In this document: positions 1-64,000 of the stretch, piece after piece
Layout of the letters: every line of letters starts with the position of its first letter
How positions within the stretch are numbered: the stretch's first letter is position 1
Assembly (NCBI GenBank): GCA_964016885.1
Contig: OZ024755.1
Span: 17,050,001-17,114,000 of the forward strand
Length of the DNA stretch: 64,000 bases
From: Eledone cirrhosa
Lineage: Eukaryota
Reading direction: 5' to 3'
Made by a program: the position numbers and the translations under genes
Notes under the pieces: generated by a model
What the model was told of the DNA's origin: nothing
Seen by the model: the letters and a program-made list of their open reading frames with translations, nothing else
Database searches by the model: none

Positions 1-139
1 CTTTTCTTTAGAGCAATACCATAATTCTTATACCTGTATATTGTCTTAGTTTTGGTTTTCTTTCTGATTTATAGAAGAATGATATAGTGATATAGATGTC
101 TTCTAAAGTCTCTCTCTTTATTTCTATAGAGACCAATGT

Positions 140-400
140 CCCTCACAACTAGCTCGAGTTGTTCTACTATCACTAAAGCACCTCAACTCATCTTTTCACC
201 TCTCATCACCCATATTATGTCCCCTACCAGGCCCTGCAATATTCTATTGAATACTTTTTCAAACAAAAGCTCTGAAATTCTTTTCCATCATTTTTCCTTC
301 CTCGTACATGTTCTCCTTGCACCAGTCAACTTGCCACTGTTCAAAAGGACCATCAACTGCATCAATATCATTGGTCCCAGGGCCTCCATGAAAGCCTGAG
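140..400 (-). mobile_element. Possible highly decayed RTE-type reverse transcriptase fragment
   Basis: Minus-strand reading across frameshifts resembles GF..G..T.DA...RLVQE...AFV(D)LEK.FNRI. Confidence 0.3.
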
Positions 401-502
401 GCACAACTCCTTCTTCTTCTTTGTCTTCGATTTCTCATTTCTGAGAGGGTCGTGGTGGCAGAGTCCTCAAACACTCCTTCCAATAGATCCTGTCCAAATC
501 AT

Positions 503-1650
503 AGTTGATGTAATGGTTGTTGTTGTGTCTTTGTTATATAACTATTTTAGTTGTTGTAATGGTTGTTGTTGTGTCTTTGTTATATAACTATTTTAGTTGA
601 TGTAATGGTTGTTGTGTCTTTGTTATATAACTATTTTAGTTGATGTAATGGTTGTTGTGTCTTTGTTATATAACTATTTTAGTTGTTGTGATGGTTGTTG
701 TTGTGTCTTTGTTATATAACTATTTTAGTTGATGCAATGGTTGTTGTGTCATTGTTATATAACTATTTTAGTTGTTGTGATGGTTGTTGTTGTGTCTTTG
801 TTATATAAATATTTTAGTTGTTGTAATGGTTGTTGTGTCTTTGTTATATAAATATTTTAGTTGTTGTAATGGTTGTTGTGTCATTGTTATATAACTATTT
901 TAGTTGTTGTAATGGTTGTTGTGTCTTTGTTATATAACTATTTTAGTTGTTGTAATGGTTGTTGTGTCTTTGTTATATAACTATTTTAGTTGTTGTAATG
1001 GTTGTTGTGTCTTTGTTATATAAATATTTTAGTTGTTGTAATGGTTGTTGTGTCATTGTTATATAACTATTTTAGTTGTTGTAATGGTTGTTGTGTCTTT
1101 GTTATATAAATATTTTAGTTGTTGTAATGGTTGTTGTGTCTTTGTTATATAAATATTTTAGTTGTTATAATGGTTGTTGTGTCTTTGTTATATAAATATT
1201 TTAGTTGTTATAATGGTTGTTGTGTCTTTGTTATATAACTATTTTAGTTGTTGTAATGGTTGTTGTGTCTTTGTTATATAAATATTTTAGTTGTTGTAAT
1301 GGTTGTTGTGTCTTTGTTATATAAATATTTTAGTTGTTGTAATGGTTGTTGTGTCATTGTTATATAAATATTTTAGTTGTTGTAATGGTTGTTGTGTCAT
1401 TGTTATATAACTATTTTAGTTGATGTAATGGTTGTTGTGTCATTGTTATATAACTATTTTAGTTGTTATAATGGTTGTTGTGTCATTGTTATATAACTAT
1501 TTTAGTTGATGTAATGGTTGTTGTTGTGTCATTGTTATATAACTATTTTAGTTGATGTAATGGTTGTTGTGTCTTTGTTATATAACTATTTTAGTTGATG
1601 TAATGGTTGTTGTGTCTTTGTTATATAACTTCTTTAGTTGTGTCTTTGTT
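503..1650. repeat. 43-bp minisatellite, about 26 copies
   Basis: Unit tagttgttgtaatggttgttgtgtctttgttatataactattt; some units carry an extra ttg (46 bp). Confidence 0.97.
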
Positions 1651-3244
1651 GAAGGATGCTGTTAACCTTTTCTAATGAACTACACTCTATTTCAATTAAT
1701 TAATGATGAATTTTGAAGGATTTACAAAAATTATTATTTTATTTCTAAGATACTAACTTAGAATATGGCCCTTATATAAAATTATATTGGAATATAATAT
1801 TTTGATTTAAATAGAAATCTTTTAATAAGGGGGTTTTGTTTCATAGAACTAGAGCCAGTATTGTCCAGGTTTGTATCAAAAGAGTTAAGGTCTCTGTTTA
1901 ATAGTTTAATGTATATCTAATGCATGGTAGGGGGCTTTGCCATTGTGAATGTAGTTGGCAATTGTTTGCAATCAGGAAGTTCTAAAGTGTAGAGGCCATT
2001 TATTGTATTAAGAGAAGAAAGACATGGAGAGCACACTCCGATTAGAGGTAAGATTGTTGAGAATCTAAGAAAAGCTAGAAAGAAAAGCAGCAACAACAAC
2101 ACCAACAACACCACCACCACCACCAAACATTAAATGAAAGGCTTATAATGTTGAAACTATATTTTCCATTGAAATGCTCTGATGCTTCACCTACATTTAT
2201 CATGTTATGTTATGTTTGGTATAAAGGGAAGAAATGGTTCACTGTTTTCTCAATGAAATAATGCAATGATTTGACTTCTTTCAATACACTGGATACTTCA
2301 TGAAATGTTAGTGTATGTGTTTGTGTTTGCATGTGTGTGTGTGTATGTATGAATGTGTTGTGTGTGATATGTGATGTGTAGTGCGTACATGCATGTGTGA
2401 GTGTGTTGTGTATGATGTATGTGTTGTGTATTTTTGTGTGCATGTGTTGTGTGTGTTTGTGTGAGTGTGTTGTGCGTAATGTGTGTTGTGTGTTTTTGTG
2501 TGAATATGTAGTATGTGCATGTATGTGTGATGTATGTGATGTGTGTGTTGTGTGGGATGTGTGTGAATACACTGAGATTTACAGACCTCTGAAAGAGCAC
2601 ATATAGATTCAACCATAGATTTCTCTTCATTAGAGCTAGGTCTTAGACAATGCTGTCTTGTTATCAGAACATAAAAGATAATTGCAATTTGTATAAATTC
2701 ATTTCTTACAAATCACTCTGCCATTGAAATATAACAATATAGGTTTTATGAAAGCAGACCTATTTCATCATCTTGTTTGTCTTTTAAGGTCTTCTAGCCT
2801 GGAGAATCATGTCATGTTGCCATTGTATGAATTTCTGGTTGTTGTTGCTTTGTCCATTACTACTTATCTCTTAGACCATTAGCACGGCTGAGACAACACA
2901 TATATATACACACACACACACATAAATAGACCTGTGTATGTGTATATATATATAATGTGTGTGTGTGTATATTTAGTCTCACCCTATACTTATATATATA
3001 TTATATACATACATACATAGGTGCATGCATGCCCAGAGCACTTCAGGTTTGGGGGAGGGGGCCCACATACACAAAAAATTAGAATACACAGCAAACCCCC
3101 AAATTTTACATATCAAAGTTAGCTTGTTGCAAGTAATTGGAATTGAAAAGATATACATACAGGTATTAAATTAAAATATTCTAACCATGCTAAAAGTAAA
3201 AAGCCCAGCTGAGGGTACAAATAAATTACTACAGCCCTCGCTGG

Positions 3245-3446
3245 TACTGTATATACTCGAATATAAGTCGAGGAATATGTGATAACAAAAAATCAATGGT
3301 AAAATGGCGGTAGGTCAGCTTATATATATATACCATCTAAACAATGTGCTAATAAGCTGCTTTGACTTATAAATGGGGCTTGGATTTTTGCCCATTTCTC
3401 AGACATAAAATAAGGGGGGTCAGCTTATATTCGAGTATATATGGTA
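3245..3446. mobile_element. Tc1/mariner-pogo-type MITE
   Basis: Imperfect TIRs tactgtatatactcgaatataagtcga ... tcagcttatattcgagtatatatggta with TA ends. Confidence 0.75.
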
Positions 3447-3624
3447 AGTATTATGGTAATAACACCACATAACTTTAATATAATGACAACAGCTGTTAAA
3501 ATAACAAAAAAGCTGTTTGTTATTTGGTGCAAACCTTAACTAAGATATTACATTATAATTGTGATAAATTATTTATGATTTATCTATTTTAAAAAAAAAT
3601 GTGTTTGTTTTTTTTTTCCCTTAG

Positions 3625-63170
<59,546 letters not shown>

Positions 63171-63501
63171 TAATAAAAATAATAATTGTTTCTACTTTAG
63201 GCACAAGGCCAGCAATTTTAGGGGAAGGAAAAGTTGATTAAATCGACCCCAATGCATTACTAGTACTTTATTTATCGACCCCGTAAGGATGAAAGGTAAA
63301 GTTAACCTCGACGGCAATTAAACTCAGAACATAAAGGGCCGGAATTATATGCCGAACAGCATGTTGCCTGACACTTTACCAATGCTTCCAATCCACTGCC
63401 CTAATAATAATAATTGTTTCTACTTTTGGCACAAGGCCAGCAATTAACCAGTACATTACTGGTACTTTATTTTATCGGCCAATGATAATAATATAACTAT
63501 T

Positions 63502-63532
<31 letters not shown>

Positions 63533-63832
63533 AATTGAAACAAAATGAAAACGAAATTTCATTTCTCACTCTTAGTATGGCACTTACTTAAATGTAAGTA
63601 TGCATGTATACGTACATACATATATGTATACAGACGTACAGTAGCATGCACATATATATATATATATACATATATATATACATATGCATACAGGTACACA
63701 TACATATATGCACGTATCAGTTTAGCGGCGCTAACGTCGCTTTGTTCGTTTGTAAACAAACTGAACAGCCTGAATTTATGCCATACGGTGTTAAGGCAAC
63801 CACGTCACCTTTTTGTTCAACACTGACACAGG

Positions 63833-63877
63833 AACGATGTACTAGTTTCAAGCTTGTTAGCTATCATCAGCACCGTT
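63833..63877 (-). ncRNA. Minimal type-I hammerhead ribozyme motif, second unrelated family, intact core
   Basis: Reverse complement AACGGTG-CTGATGA-TAGCT-AACA-AGCTT-GAA-ACTAGT-A-CATCGTT: 7-bp stem I, palindromic stem III ACTAGT, GUA triplet; first pair of stem II is a U-U mismatch. Confidence 0.75.
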
Positions 63878-64000
63878 TACCCATCTGCCAGATAGTTGAA
63901 CGTTCGAAAGTATATACTTTCCTTATGAAAATTAACGGCTGAGCAGCCTAATTTGCATATTGAGTGAGTTAAATCGGTCAGGCATACCGAAAACGATAAA

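Overview
AT-rich, microsatellite- and SINE-dense animal genomic DNA. The repeat landscape looks like an octopod cephalopod; this is inference, not proven. The whole window lies inside one large + strand gene. I traced 20 GT-AG-bounded internal coding exons (3625-63136; 5109 nt, 1703 codons, open when spliced) encoding tandem ~107-aa spectrin repeats of nesprin-1/MSP-300 type. Start and stop lie outside the window. 18 of 19 introns are phase 0. Introns contain tRNA-derived SINEs, RTE-LINE 3' fragments, a decayed mariner transposase and its MITEs, TTAA- and TA-flanked MITEs, a decayed Hero-like REL-endonuclease retrotransposon, minisatellites and one 200-N gap. The most notable non-coding signal is a set of minimal type-I hammerhead ribozyme motifs of the kind carried by Penelope-like elements, from several unrelated families. 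Three have intact catalytic cores (25934-25994 +, 62783-62845 +, 63833-63877 -) and several are decayed. Many sit in fold-back inverted repeats near exons. Nearly all other ORFs in the track are microsatellite or repeat artefacts.
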